Notes: generated from the letters alone by a model not told the origin. A DNA stretch of 64,000 nt from Tubiluchus corallicola (GCA_030141605.1 JAQGDQ010000046.1:124001-188000), one strand, 5' to 3'. Shown: positions 24,970 to 40,300, counted from the first letter of the stretch. Made by a program: numbers and translations.

Positions 24970-26963
24970 AATATGAGTATATTTTAATTTAATATACAGT
25001 GCACAACATATGATTACAAGTTAAATACAAATGGATTCTGCAGAAAATGTAAACAATTATGTACATATTATGTCAGATTCAATCAGTTACATGCCTTTAA
25101 AGTACAAGTCTGTAGTTGAGAATGAGAATGAGTGACGTCACTTCTCTTAGTACACAAAAAATGAAATTGAGAATGTGACTAACTAAGCCCTCAAAGACGG
25201 TTCTGAAAAATAGATTGAACATTCTGTTTCGAATACAAAGTCTACACAATTAAAAAATCAACTGCATTTATTGCTATGACAGAACTGCTACGGCATCAAT
25301 TTCCCTCAAGTTTCAATTATGTAATATAATAATCATGCGAACTTCAGTTTTCAGTTAATGATACGTAAACAACTACGTAAAAATTAATAAAAGATAACAC
25401 CTGGGCTGATGTTTCCAAGATGTCAATTCGTTAGGTGTCTAAGTTAATTACTAATTTTAGTAAAGCCATTTCCATCTACAGGCTTGAGTAAATCTCCTGA
25501 AACCGTTTGAGATGAAAGAATAACATAGACGGCAAATTTATAAATGCTCAAATAAAGCAAAGATATACAAGTAAATGCAAAAAACACATGGAAACGTGCT
25601 GTATAACAGAACAGTACATAATGGTAATTTACAAGAGAGTAACATGGCATAGTAGATTAAGAAAAAATTATCGAATCAGGAATAAAAAACAATTCTTCGA
25701 TTTGAGATAAACAATACAGGCATAAGACTCTACACATTTGCTTAAAACATTATAAACTCAATACGTTACTGCAGTTAAAAGCTCAATACTTTTTAGCACG
25801 ATCCACCGTTGAGAACAAGGTAAAAAAACCAATATTGTTAAGCAGATCCTACGAAAACTCATGAGCACAGTTTATATCGTTGAAAAATGAGCACAAATAA
25901 AATTGGTACAATTGAGTATTCCAACTCCTGAAAGCATTCAAAAAATAGTTGTGAGCTTTTAAGCAGCATCAACACAGTAATAACAAGATATAATCGTCCA
26001 TTGATTTTTAGTAAAACTTAAATTGCGTCAATCAATTTATGCATCATAAATTGTGATAACATAAATAAGCAACAATAAAACAATAGAATCATGATCAGTT
26101 CAACAACACCAACAATGATCAAGATGATGAGCATTAAGAGCTAAACCATGCGCTTCTGTATACCCCTTTATACAGGTAAAGGCTATGAGTAAAAGCAAAA
26201 ACAAACAAAACTGAGAGGCCTAAAAGTTTGTTTTTTGCTTCATAAATTAAAACATGATAAAGCAGTATAACACCAGTGCATTTTAACTGTACATCAACTC
26301 GAACAATTAACAATAAATGCTAAAAACTCTCGATTGTTGTTATTGTAGATCATTGGCAGTATATCTCCATTTCATGATAGCTCACATTGAAATAAGCAAT
26401 CCACAGTCGTCACTATACATATTTATGCAAAGAAATACCAATTAGATGATAAAAGTGATTGGAAGAGATATTATAGTAATTGTCATGGTTGAATATAGAA
26501 CTCAGTGCAATAACATAAGTTGATATACCTTGTTATACTTATGTCTTCAATAATGATATGGAACTTATACTGAACATACTGAAGTTATTTCTTCAATAAT
26601 TTCAAAAAGTGTATAAAACTACCATGAATTTGACATGATTTGAAACTCAACCTAGAGTAAAGAGAAGATGACATCACGCAAGACTAGTTTTCTAAGGCTT
26701 TATAGGCAGACACAACATTTGCAGATCTCTCTGAATTGAGTCATCACTAATCAATGCTGCATGACAAATATGCTTAACACACATCTCGACAGATCAGTGT
26801 ACGTGCAATATGTCATTAGCTAGCAAATGTTCAGCAGAACTGTCAGAAATTGAAATTTGATGATGAGATGCTATAAGTTTCGAGTGACATCATGGTGGCC
26901 ATCAATGTCAGATCACAGCTCCTTTTATATAAAAAATGGCACTGAAGTGATTGTTTTTATAAC
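24970..26963 (-). other. Probable terminal 3'UTR exon of prominin
   Basis: Acceptor ttatttaattacag| at 26963, then ~2 kb of AU-rich sequence with no exon chain and ATTAAA-type signals near 24985. The 3' end is approximate. Confidence 0.45.
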
Positions 26964-27996
26964 CTGTAATTAAATAACCCAAAATATGAACTACGAAATA
27001 ACATAATATGATGTACTAAATACATAACAGCGTGACATAAAATCAAATGAAATTGGAGAAACATATGCCCATTTACTCTGTAAATTGAACTAAATAGAAG
27101 ACCAGGGTCAATTACTTGAAGAATTTATTCTAAGCATTCTCAATTCTAATATTGTACCAATGTTTTCTCTGATTTTGTTGTATCTGATTTATCCCACTTT
27201 TCATGTGTATGACCTATATGTTGCCTTCTTGTAAAAACAGCTATCCAATTCATAGTCAAAATCTTAGCAAAGCTGTTAATAGCTTCATAAGTTTTGCATA
27301 GCAATATGCGATTAAGAAAGTTTGTAATTTAAATAACTTAATAAAAAACTATTAAGTTGGTTAACCATGCCACGATGTGACAAATATAAAACCCCAGAGT
27401 ACTACACAACTTGCTCGTATAGAGATAGCTATATGCCAGCTGTAGACTTACACTATAAATGAAACAAACAATTCAATAACTTTGCACTCATTTTCAGTGA
27501 ATTGTGAAAGTGCCAATGATTCATCATAAATTTCAAACTTTTAACTGAGTTATGGTAGCCACGGCAGCAGTTGTAATAATTTATCCATGTTATCATGTAA
27601 CTCGAATCATAGACAGCTTGTCAGAATATGAGTTATTCACAAACGAATGATACTTTTGTGTAGTGTAGGCATATCTATATATTGTGTTTCACCTGTTTAG
27701 ATCTATCAGTTGACCTGAGCAAATATTTAATCCTATTTACAGCTTTCTGGTTCTTCAGGTACTAACATGCATACTGTTTCCCCAAAACACAACACTGTCA
27801 ACTAAGACAATATTTTTACCTAAATGAATTCTAACAGACATGTGATCATGAGTTCTAATTGACAGCAGGGCCAGTTGATTATACTAAAACAACAGCCAGG
27901 TAGGATTAAATGAGATAGGTGGTTAATCGACATTACATTAACCGCACATGTTTGAGTATTTGTCATAGTGCTATGTATTCACAACAGGCAACTCAC

Positions 27997-28306
27997 CCCA
28001 TAGTTCTACCGAGAATCAGCATCATAATTATATGGTGGAGGTCGACGTTTACTATGTGAATACTCCCATACCGTGCTTTGATCGTCGTCCCTATCCTCGT
28101 ATAATCGGTTATTATGGTGACTGCTATTGCGACTTCCTGAATGGCCATTACTTCGGCGGCCACCCCGATCTTGGCTACGGCGATCGCGGTCACGACTTCT
28201 TGACCGCTTCTCATGTCGCCGACTCGGAGATGACTCTTCATAACCATTGTAGTATTCTTGCGAGTTGTCATAGTAATGGCCATTGCTCCGATGTTGTTTC
28301 TCAACA
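27997..28306 (-). CDS. PROM1: Prominin last coding exon: RS/RD-rich cytoplasmic tail with PPPY, stop at 28006, followed by a 3'UTR intron
   Basis: Acceptor tttctctag| at 28306 is phase 2, matching the upstream exons. ORF reads VEKQHRSNGH...RSRSRDRDRRS...RRPPPYNYDADSR*. Donor GGG|gtgagt lies 9 nt after the stop. Confidence 0.8.
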
Positions 28307-31300
28307 CTAGAGAAATCAAACAATGTTTTAGCAATATTTGAATTAACCACAGAAAGGTGTTTGTAAAAACTGTGCACAGCAGACAGTGCAAAACAAAATA
28401 CATCAATAAACTCAACAGGATGAAAAAATCTAATTATAAAAATTGGTAATCCTTCAAGCTGCCATAATTTAATCTATTAACAGTCTCTTTTTCTTGAAAT
28501 GAGTTACAAAAATTTATTTAAAAATCAAAAAGCAAGCAGCTTAGAACACCTATTAGTGGGTACGTGGAAAATAGAAATTACAACTTTTGCAATTAATGAC
28601 AATAAATTTAAGCACTTAGTTGCATTGCATTATATTGATAAGTGCATATCAACTTCACTCATAAAGAGAAAAAAAATTACACAGCATGTCTAAGTGAATT
28701 AACAAGTTCAACGTTACCTACATATTAACTTTATAAATGAAGTATAAAAGAGCTATAAAGAAACAGAAAAAAATTTTAAGTGTCTTAGTAAGCAATGGTG
28801 AACGAGTTTCTTGTAACACACATAATTACGCAACATATAAATATTATTACTTTAATGTATAATAGTTAAAATTATTAAGCATTAAACAAAGAAAACAACT
28901 TACCAAAATGCAACGATAATTAATTTTCAGTTGTACAAAAATTTGTGTATGGCACAAAATATTTTCAATACCAAATTTATTACAGACATTGCAAAAACCA
29001 AACTAGAAGTATGAATATTATTTTTTGAAAAAAAAAACTCAAAAGCGATATTGCCAGAAAAACAATGCAACTAAAAGCAACTTAGAAGAATTACTATTCT
29101 AAGTATGGTACAGTTCTAAATGTGCCAAGTAACTTATCTAAAATGGTAATATGAGCATAAGCAATTAATCATGAAAATGTGCATGATAAAGAGTAGACAT
29201 TTCCTAGATTTAAGGAATCATGCAAGTTAAAACGCATCATAATAATAATTTTCAAAGGCTCATAATAGTCTTTTTAGAATGCATTAGCATTTGAAACCCT
29301 ATTTAACTATCCGAAATTTATGTTCTGGAGTCTATCTTTTAATGCAAGTAATGTCTGAAGTGCACTGGACCTTAAGATAGTTTTGGAGATTTAAGGAAAT
29401 AGAAAAAGCAAATTCTTGTTGCATTTTAATTTGTTTGTTTGTACTAAAATAATTAAGAAAAGTAATGCCCAAGATATTAGGGAAGAGAACAAGTAACAAC
29501 TTACTCAGCTAAAGGAATGTTATCTGGTAGAGTTTGATAAGCATCAGAATATCTGCAACCACCGAAACAAATACCCAGTTAATATAAGTGCTCAGCAAAA
29601 AACTGTATAAACAGGAAAACCACCACAGTTGGTACAGCAGCAAACTACAGCTGCCAGTGATTACAGATGACACAACTAAAACTACGAGAGTGACAATACA
29701 AGTAGATTTAACGGAAAATAAATCTGTGAATTAATAATCACTTGCAAAATTTCATGTTAAAATTTTGGCAAGGTGACAAAAGACAGTGTTTAGTAAGGAG
29801 ATGGAGAAGACAAAAACTACTCACGGTAGTGACGAGTAGTGACGTCTACGTCCACTGTAAAGCAAGAAATGCTGTAGCAACAGTCTTACTTTTTACATGA
29901 GACAAGAATCTAACATTTTACAAAAAACAAGCAAGCTAATGATGTCAATTTCTCAGAAAAACACAATCAAGTTAATTAAATAGTAGCTCACGCAAGTGCA
30001 TTTAGCTCTACTACACTAATGCTAAACTGGAACTGCTGATGATACCTCTCGCAATATGCATACACGCAGCAGCACATGCGCACACACAGACATGCAAATA
30101 TTTCAAGAAATAACTGCAGCAAAATTGCTGTAGAAATAAAGAACTTTTAAAACTACACATCACAAAATCACGTTACAGGTACAGCAGTTGCAGCTTAAAA
30201 GACTCACGGTTAATAGACTCAATCACTTAATTGATTCAAAACGCCTGGAATCAAATATCAAATATACATAAAAACTATCTGTAATTGACTCAAATAAATT
30301 CGCTTAATTGACTCAAATAACTTCGCTTAATTGACTCAATATCTTTCCTTCAAGTACCTAAAATAAGACGTTTGTATGTGCCCAAACAGCCTTTCCTACT
30401 TTTATGTCATCTTTACTTCCCTTTTGTGCATTACATATGTAGAAACAATCATGTTAAGTACCATTTTGCTTGTAAACAGGTACGTTTATCATGCGCTAAT
30501 ACGCTAGCGTAGCGGTTTTGCTTTGAATCTGTTAACCGCTCGCCCATTGCAATTAACCTCATTACCTAAAGAATTTCTGGAAGCTAAACATTTAATCACT
30601 TGTCTAGCAGTTTCCATTTGATGATCTAGTTGCAAATCACGCTTTCAGACTCAATGAGTTAATAGTTAGAGATGCAGGAACAGCAATCAGCCAGTATTCC
30701 TTGTGACTTACAAGAGTAAACATCATACAGCAAATAAGGGCATAGAGTTAAGAAGTTTGAAAAATGTAGCATAAGCGTAAGTAAAGATCTAACAGTTAAG
30801 GAGAAACTGAAAATTTTAGAGCAGTACGATAAACTTCCAAAAATGGGACAGAGGTGTGCAGCAGCACAGTTGAAAATTTCCCAAAGTACTCTTGGCAGAA
30901 TATTGGAAAAAAACAATCTGAAATTGAGCAGCCAGCAAGCCAAAATGAGAATCTGGCATCTAAGAGGTGACGCACAGGAAACAAGGTCACCATGAAGCAC
31001 TCCAAGCGCTAAATGTTTTACGAGAATACATGCCTCGCACAGCAACAGATTTTCAACCTTTTTGTAATTACGAGAACTTTGTGAGCCAACTTCTTCGCGA
31101 GAAAATAAAGCAGCCAACTTTGAAGAAATTTTTGTGATTTTTGCAAATAAACAGACTTAGATTTAGAAAAGTACACTTTTTAATTTATTGTTAATTCACT
31201 TATATTTAATATTTTAAAAATTTTTTTTCTAATTTTTAATTGCACAAAGAAATTTAGGTATTACTTCAGTTCTAAAATTGATTAAAAGCCTTTGCGGTGC

Positions 31301-34300
31301 ATAGTAAGCTGACGACTCGTACTTCTATAGCAGTAATACTACACCCATCGGTTAATAAGTTCAATCGGTTAATAGGGTCAAAACACGTCGGTCACAAAGT
31401 GAGTCTATTAAGTGGCGACTACTGTATATTAGAAAAAATACTAGAAGAAACAAGTTTAAACGACAAATATTATAGAAAAAGAAAAGTACTGTGCAAAGGA
31501 AAAGTCGAAGTGCAAAATAAGAATTGAAAAAACGGCGTTTTTCTTAATTTTTCTTCAATCTCCACATTAGTTTTACTAAAGAGGTTAATCACTGAATACG
31601 GTAGAATAACCTATAACAGGTACGTAATCAGTAATCAGTAGTAAATGAAGTGGCAACGATCCATTAATTTATATACATTTAATCTAATTTTAAGCTTACT
31701 ACATTTCGCACATGTGACAGTTTCTTTGCACATATGTTTGTAGTGCATTGGCAAATTAAAACATGTCACTTACTGATCATCAATGGCAGTATACGGTTGA
31801 ATTTTTCTATAAAGTCCAGCAAGTTTCACTGCTAATATAATGCTGGGGATTAACATGAGTAAACATATACCGAGTCCAGCCCAGAAACCATTCTGAAAAT
31901 GAACAAAAACAATATCATAATAGCACTATGACTAATAATTTGAACACCTTCATTTCTAAATATTAATGACATTTCATTAATCATTTCATTTCATAAATGA
32001 CAGTGCTATCACGCTAATACTATCATGTGTATATATTATATATATATAATATTTTTCATAATAATAAGTAAGAAGAAAGTGAAAACAATACGTTAAGAAT
32101 CATTCAAGCCTTTGCAATAGTGAGTCAATAAAAAAAGTCAAAGTTGAAACCAACACACTACTGATTTCAGAAATCACTCACTTTGCAATTAGTAGAAATG
32201 TCATTAATATGACTCTGAATATCTCAAGAATTTAGAAAAATGTTTGGGATGTTAGAGCAAAGGGCTATGTTTCACTCCAAAGTGTGAAACAACTGAAAAC
32301 TTATAGCCTTACCAGTGGATATAAAGTTTCCTTGCAGACTGAGTACACGCTTGCATTGAAAGCACGGCTGACTGGTTCACAAGTGCCAACCTCATTAGAT
32401 ATCTGAAATTCATTAACAAATTTCACAAAATGAAGCTCAAAATCAGATAATATTGTAATCCAGTATCTCATTTCTACAATAACGACTAAGTTTTGGTTTA
32501 AAATAAATTGATAATTAAATAAAGAAAATAAAATTCTTAGTGAAAAAATTACAGAAAGAAAAAAATGGTAATGTGCATGTACTTTATCTTAGAAAATATC
32601 ATTATAAGCAAATCTACCTAAAATATTTCCATAATATATTTATTTTGGAACAAACTTGTATTTTTTAATATGCAAAAATAAAATCTCAAAATGACATTTT
32701 ATGAGACAGATGTAATTTATCACAATGGCTTTATAATTAAAATTGCGGCACTGCTAAGGCCACACTGGGATAAGAATTTTCTATACCTTGAATTGAGTGT
32801 AGTCTAAATAACTATGGAAATATGATAGCATCTTATTAGCTCTCTGCTGCACTGCAGCTCTTGCAATTGATTCGCCTTGGTTACGAATTCTTGCCTCCAC
32901 GATTTCCAGATGCTGAATGAAGTTTTCAACCATTTCCTAACAATATATTAACCCATGATTGCAAAACTCAATGTTAAAAAATACTCCCAAAAGAGAGAAG
33001 AATGCAGATTTGTTCATTATAATGTGATTATAGTGTAAATATGATTTTTAAAAATCAACTTACCGTCATATTAGAATCAATTAACAGCTGCTCCAGAGAT
33101 GTATTGATACTTCCCTAATAAAGGAAAAAAACATCTGATTCTGTTATGATGTACATAGTACTACCAGTCTTGTTTAGCACATGCTATTATTCATTTAAAT
33201 GCAATTTACTATCTCATATTAACAATTCTAAATTGAATAAAAACTAAGAGTTATACGACTAAATCACGATGAAATAAACTGATAATTGTTTACTTCAAAG
33301 TCAAACCTAACTGAAATGGAGTAATTACAAAAAAGTCTGGACTGAAAATTACTTTTAATAGACTTCTGAGAAAGTACAAAATCAGTGTCATTACCACTAG
33401 ATTATACAGCTAAATACTGCGATCAAGACTAAGAGTATCTCAACCAATCCAGCATTTTCAAGCATTAGTTAAAATGGATTAAAATATAAATCCAAAAATA
33501 GAATTTAGTGATTGTTTGTGGTTCATTGTTTTTGTTCTGAAAGTCACCCACAGTGGTACATTGAAATGTTGTGCCTTTTCTGTTTTCTTTATTGTGGGAC
33601 GTTTATCAACTGCATTTATTCTTGTAATTAAAAGTCCATGTTATAATGCTACAGTATAACACCATTGCAGCAACACATGATTTACTGTGTCCACACTGAT
33701 AATGCATACTTATAAAAAAGCTGTAAACTTTCAGCATACATTTAGCTTTGAATATAGCATTCCTGGTTACTGAGGGTTGTGGACTTTTTCATTGTCTGTA
33801 TTACTATGTATTTATAAGTTTTTATAGCATACGGAACCTTTGACCACACGTTCCATTTGCAAATTTATTTTTGTTAAACATAGTCCACCACAGGGTCCAG
33901 ACACGTATAGTGTGGAGAGAACATGTTGCGTTGGTTTTCAGTCAGTTTTAAGTTATTAGTCTCTCAGCAGCTGGCAACCAGCCAGTCCTATAATTTGTAA
34001 TCAGCAGCCTAAGTGATACGTATATTGGCAGTGCAATCATGTCAATGAATAAAGACAAAAGAACCTTGCTTCAATGTTATGCAAAGAAAGAAAGTTCACA
34101 AAAACTACTGTTAGTAATACTTTCTTAAAATGTTTATAGCCATTTTCTGCTTCAAGACTGTGATAAATTAACAATACTGCAGTTACATTGCTGCAAAACT
34201 TATACAAGAGATAAACAGAAATTTTGTCTAAACAAAAGTGACTGGCTTGTTTTGAATCTCAGTGACATTACTGAAACTGCAGCTGTACGTTTAAAACTGA

Positions 34301-37300
34301 ATGTGTCCATGCAATTTAATGTGAAATGCCCATTAGTGTAGTCACAAAAAGTACATTTCATTGAATTTGAATAATTAATTTTAATTTATTTTTTGGCTTT
34401 TCTGCTTCAAAGTAGCTCACAGCATCTTCTGAAGTCTTAAACATCTTCTAAACAGACTGCACATATATATAACACTACAGTGATTAACAAGCCTGTCCAC
34501 CCAGTAGTCACATAGATTAGCCAAATTTGCTTATAAAGTAACTTGCTTATAAAGTACTTTTTTGAGTCCCCAACAGATTTGCAATGATGATGTACTGTAT
34601 ATTTCTAGATGTTTCACAACAAAGAAACAGAGACATCGAATGTTCAACATAAAAAATACTATTTGGTGCACATAATATACAAACACATATTATGACAAGA
34701 TAGTGAATATTTACTTACAGCAAGACTGTGAATATTCGCTACAACTCCACGCTGCAGGTTTTCGATATAATCAGCTAGTTGAAAAAGTGACTGAAATAAG
34801 AAAAACACAATATAATACCAATAGGTATACAAAGCCTGGTACGGGAGTAACAGTGACCATGGCCCTTAGAGTTAAATTACTCTAGATTTAAAAGCAGCAC
34901 AAACTGATAACTGTTACAAGTCCCAATAGCTCTTATTTTTTACTATGAATAAACCATCAGTTTTAATTTATCTGCCAGTTTCCAAGTTTCCAGTTTCCTA
35001 CGAAAAGAAAGTCAACCTACACGATTAAATTCTGGCTCCGTTTGGCCTACATCTTGTGCAACAACTCGAAGGCCATCCAAAAAATCTTGAACCGTTGTTC
35101 TGTTGGATGCTATCACAACTTTATTTAGCTGAAAATATTTATTGAAAGTACATCAACATTACAAAAAAAACAGAGCAGATAGAAAAAAATTAATTAATTA
35201 ATGGCATCCTGGAAACTACAAATTAACATGTACAAATTAATAGATACAAATGAAATTACAAATAGGAAAGGTAACTAATCTAGCATTATGACAATAAACC
35301 ATTCAGTGACACATACCTCATTTCTATAACGCTGGAAATCAAAAAGGTCTTGGCTTAGTCCTGCCAGTCGTCGCAACTCTGCTTTATTGGCCGCAGAAAG
35401 AATTCGTACAGAAGTAGTATCAAAACGCAAAGAATCTAGGTTTTCCAAAACTTTACTTACTTCATTCTCCTATAACCAAAACAAATGTTAACCACCCATT
35501 TAAAAACTAAACTGCAGTGGCAAAGATAACTAAATGAAGTAAACACAGCAAATGAATAAGAGGCATATCTTACCCGTTTGAAATCTTTTATCACAGCTGA
35601 TAAATTATGAATGTACTCAACTTTGAATACATTGTAAAAACTTTCATTATTGTTACATCTCCTGAAAAATTAACACAAACCAGTCTGTATTTGTTTTAAA
35701 TATAAGTACATAACGCATAAAAATAAGTGCAATTTTTTGTGCATTAAATCACTTTTCAAAAGGTATAAGAAAAAGCAACTTACATTATTATTCCCTCAAC
35801 AGTGACTGGAACGTCTTTTTTACCATATATGGCTTCTTTTCCATAGGTGGTGAAGTAATAATCGAGAATCTTAAAAAAAAAGATAAATTTAAATAAGTGT
35901 GCCTAAAACAAAAGCAAAGTAAAAAGCTCTGGTAAAGGTGAAGCGCTAATAAAAAAGAATGCTTTAGCAAGTTTAAATGGGTTAAAACATGATAGCATGT
36001 AAATGAAGAAGCTTCAGTTGTTCATGTTGTACAATGAGAAAAACTAGCTAACAAACAAAAGCCCACAACACAAAATTCAGGCGTTCTGATCTAAAAAGAT
36101 GCAAAATTCACTTAAATGAGAGACTGTTAGCACTTAAATACCTTTAATACTATGGGCATATTATTATGTACCCCCAAGTTGTTTATTAAAGTAAATTACG
36201 CGATAAAGGAATGATTAACGAAGGTACAATAATGCAATGATATGTCAACTACCTTGAACTGGTGTGAATGTTCTAATGGTCGCGAAGGCACAAGGTCACG
36301 AAGGTATTCGCAACCGAATATTGTGCACGTGCTTCCGAGCTGGAAAATACATAAGTGATACACTCGTGGTACACGCATGCATAGCAAACTAACTATTAAC
36401 ATATCAAAAGTAACATACTGATTACCTGAATACATTTTCATTATGAATTAAACGACTCAGCATTAGTTACAAATGCGATAGAAATAGGCGTAATAAGCAA
36501 GGATATTATAGGCACTGCAAGCATTCACATAAAATCTTTAAGTAAACCATACAACAAAGATAATTTATTTGCAGTGAATCACATTAATAGTATAACATTT
36601 GAGAAATTAGTTGAGAAAAGTACTTTTATATCAATGAAAGTACAAATATATATAATTTAACAGCTAGAGAAAACAGCATGCAAAAGCTAAAAGCACTATC
36701 TTATAAACAAAGAGCTAAATAAAAAAAGAGAGGTAAATGAATTTATTTGAGTAATCAACGATACCCACATACACAGATATTCATTATATGAGGCATTTCT
36801 CATTTTAAGTGGTACTTCGTCATTGATACTAAATGTAATAAATGGTAATCCATAATATCGAGATGTTCTTTCTTTGAATTTCTTTTGTTTGCCTTACTCA
36901 CACTAACATTTTCTGTCTGCTTGTTCGAGAATAATATAAACGAAAAGGCGGTAAAGGAAGATGTAACTACATTAATGGCAAATGATTACTTTATAAAATG
37001 TAAGCTATTAAAACAGTTATCCCCACTTCAGACCAATTGCTTCTTATTTTCATAGGCCCTGTGTAAATGGTTTTTAATTTTGTGTGAACTGGAAGTTAGT
37101 CTATTATTACAACACAGAAATCAAATTACACTCAAAAGTAATATGACAAAGCAAAATAAACTACTTTGCTAATAACAATAAAAAAATAAACTAACAAAAT
37201 AAATACAAGATTTTGCATAAAAGATCATGCAAGCACTAGTATAGCATATACAAAATTTATGGAAAACAAGCAACATCGAAGATTTGTTTTCCAGACAGAA

Positions 37301-40300
37301 TTTACTAAATTATAATGGAATGATAAATAATTTACAATTAATCTCTAAAACTCTATATAAGCTATAAAACTTATAATATTATAACAAAAATTAGAAAGTA
37401 GTTATAGGTCCTAAAATTACACACCATATGTAAACTGTGCATAATAGTCAGTATGAACAACATACCTCATTAGTGTTAGATTGTTGTGAGGTAAGGCCAT
37501 CTGGACTAACCAATGGATCACACAGTAATAAGTGGAGATGACCACCAGTCAAGAATAGTGCAATGCACACAGCCATCATTATCCAACAGAAAAGAAATGA
37601 AAAGAATACTCCGCTGCAGTAGAAAAATGTATAGACATGTTTATTTAATTGCAACTAGATGTAAAAATGGTACTGGCACTTTAAACGATCAGAAGCACAA
37701 ATTTAAATATACCGAGCTCTCATTAACTATATCAAACTGAAAGTAGAAAATACGGAACTAGATCAAAACTCATAATCTGTCTGAGACCGTTTATGGCACT
37801 ATTTTAAAACTGGCTCAAAGGTTGGTATTATTAAAATTATTTAATCATTGTCATTTCACAACATATTATTTAGCATCTCATATCATTTCAAATCACTTTT
37901 ACACAGTGAGTTAGTTTACTTAGTTAGTTCAGTTAGTTCTTGTCACTTAGAGCTACAATGTGTAAGCTTACGCCATCAGAAGACTAGCTCCAGAACCACG
38001 GGTGCAAGAGTCGTCGTATCTGTCTGTTGGCCTGGGTGCGCATGCTCCATACATTAGTCCTAATGAGTTGAGGAGAACAACCAACAAAATGATGCTACTG
38101 ATAACAATGCCAGCATAGTAACTATAAAAACAGGCAAACCTATTAAAAACTGCTGATTTAAATACTCTAAAATAAAGTTGTCTTAATTGAACATATTTTT
38201 TTCTGTACAATATAGCACTAAGTTTGTGATTATGAAAACCTGAAAATTTTTTTGACAGCACGCAACTGATTTCTCTAACAATTTAAATAAGGAATTATCA
38301 ATGTTGATTGTAAAAGCTTACCAGGAAATAGCTACACCAGTAAAATGAGCAGATTAGGAAGGAGAGAAGAGGAGGCAAACATTGGAAAATCAAACTCTCA
38401 AGGAAGAACAAATTATCAAAGTGTATCAGTGAATGTACATCCTATGAAAAAAGGAAAAGATATAATAATCTGTGCAGTAAGATTAAATTGGATTAACACA
38501 ATCTGCAAAAAAATGTCTGGTTAATGAAATATAACGTAACTTACGCATAACGCCGGTAAACAACATAATCGTTAGTACGAGATACATGAGATTTCAAGTC
38601 AATGAGCTGGGCTTTTATCTGCAATAAAAGTTTGAATGCACCAAATTATAATTTCAGAGAAAAATATTAAAACATGTATATTCTTATTAGCATACAAAAT
38701 AGAAGCTAGTTACATGACTGAAGTTTTCAGAAAAAAATTAAAGGAAACCATGAGTGATAATGATACACATGCATATTAGCAAATGCAAATAAATTATCAA
38801 CACAAGATTTTAATGACTACACCTAACCTGGTGAATGGAGTCAGATATTACATTAGCAATATCAGCAACTTCACGACCAACATCATCAACTTTTAATCTT
38901 GCATCTGAAAGTCAAAAAAAAATTGCAAATTTATTGACTAGTTTTTGAAATGCAAACACTAGCAGGCAAAATGATTATAGCAATTTTAAATGAGTTACAT
39001 TAAAAATGAAGATTTGTTAAGAAACATAAAATGTCATTCATAATGTGCAATGTGCAGTAACTTGTTTTTTTTTGCTAAAATATTGATTAAAACAAGCGTT
39101 AACTTTTCAAACAAAAGAACTTGTCACAAGCTGTTTATATGTCAAATTACTCAACTTGTTAAAATAACTTGAGTTTAGAAACATTTTTTATATCAGACAA
39201 AACTTTTTATATAGCTTCTTGTAAACTAAAATCAACACTATCATTTGCTTTGCTTTTTTATTCAACTTGAAAAGCAGTAATCTCATATTTGCATACAGGC
39301 TGCAGAATAGTCCATGTGCCAGTCAAAACTAGACTCCATTTGTCAGACATAACATTTTCTCAGCTTAGTGGTAATTCAGCTAATATGTAATCAGTATAGA
39401 AAATAGCTACTTCACCTTAGGTTTAGAAAGGTTACTTAAAAACATCTGCAAACTATGTTCAAGCATTTAATTTTTTTTCTTTTAAACAAAATTTAATTCA
39501 ATTCAAACAAAATAAAGTTCATTTAACTCAGAATGCATCAGCAGAATCGCAAACACTCCCTAACTTAGGTTATCCGCCACCCAGAGATTGCACTGGCTGG
39601 AATACAAACCTTCTACGGTGCTATTTGCACGATTTCGTATAGAATTAGTAATTTCAGAATGCTTTTTTAATCCCTCTGACTGCATTCTGTTAACATTTTC
39701 CTCCACCAGGCGGCTAACATTAGCCAGGGCAACTCGCACATCTGGTAACTAAAAATTGAAAAAAGAAACTTTCAATCAACAAACTTGTTTAAAATACCTC
39801 AAAACAGATCTTAAAAATATCATAGCAGGAATGAGTCTTGGCAATTTTGAAACATTTTTATTAGAATTGAACAAAGCTTGCAACATTAATGTGAGTGAAA
39901 ACATGCAACAGTTTAACAGTCAACAATTTTACTTAAAAACTTTTAACATATTAAATTTGTTTGCTGAATTATTTATGTAAGGTCTACTCAAGATCAACAG
40001 CAAATTTCTGTTTTAATGAAGTAAATTTAGTGTTACTGAGCTAAACCATATAAACTATTACTGTAGTGAGAGATTTTCCATCTCATGCTTAAGAGTAATC
40101 ACAGAAGAAAGCTGAGAAATATTACTGGCTCAAAATTAACAAACAATAGCATAGAATAGGCCAACATATGCACGTTTATCGCATTTACCATAGAATGTAA
40201 TGCTTCATTCAAATACTTAAGGTTTCTTTCATTAATTACTGATTTTGCATCCTTTTTGCTACTTCTCTAATAACCGATAGATTGCACTGCTTACTCGGGA

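Noticed and set aside
16400-28220. Shared 'GGRRS' and RSRS words between the nested basic ORF and the prominin tail
   Set aside because: Low-complexity convergence; I see no extended nucleotide similarity.
27993-28415. 140-aa alternative-frame ORF over the prominin tail exon
   Set aside because: Shifted frames of RS-rich sequence are often open, and it needs a phase-1 donor whereas the upstream tail exons are all phase 2.
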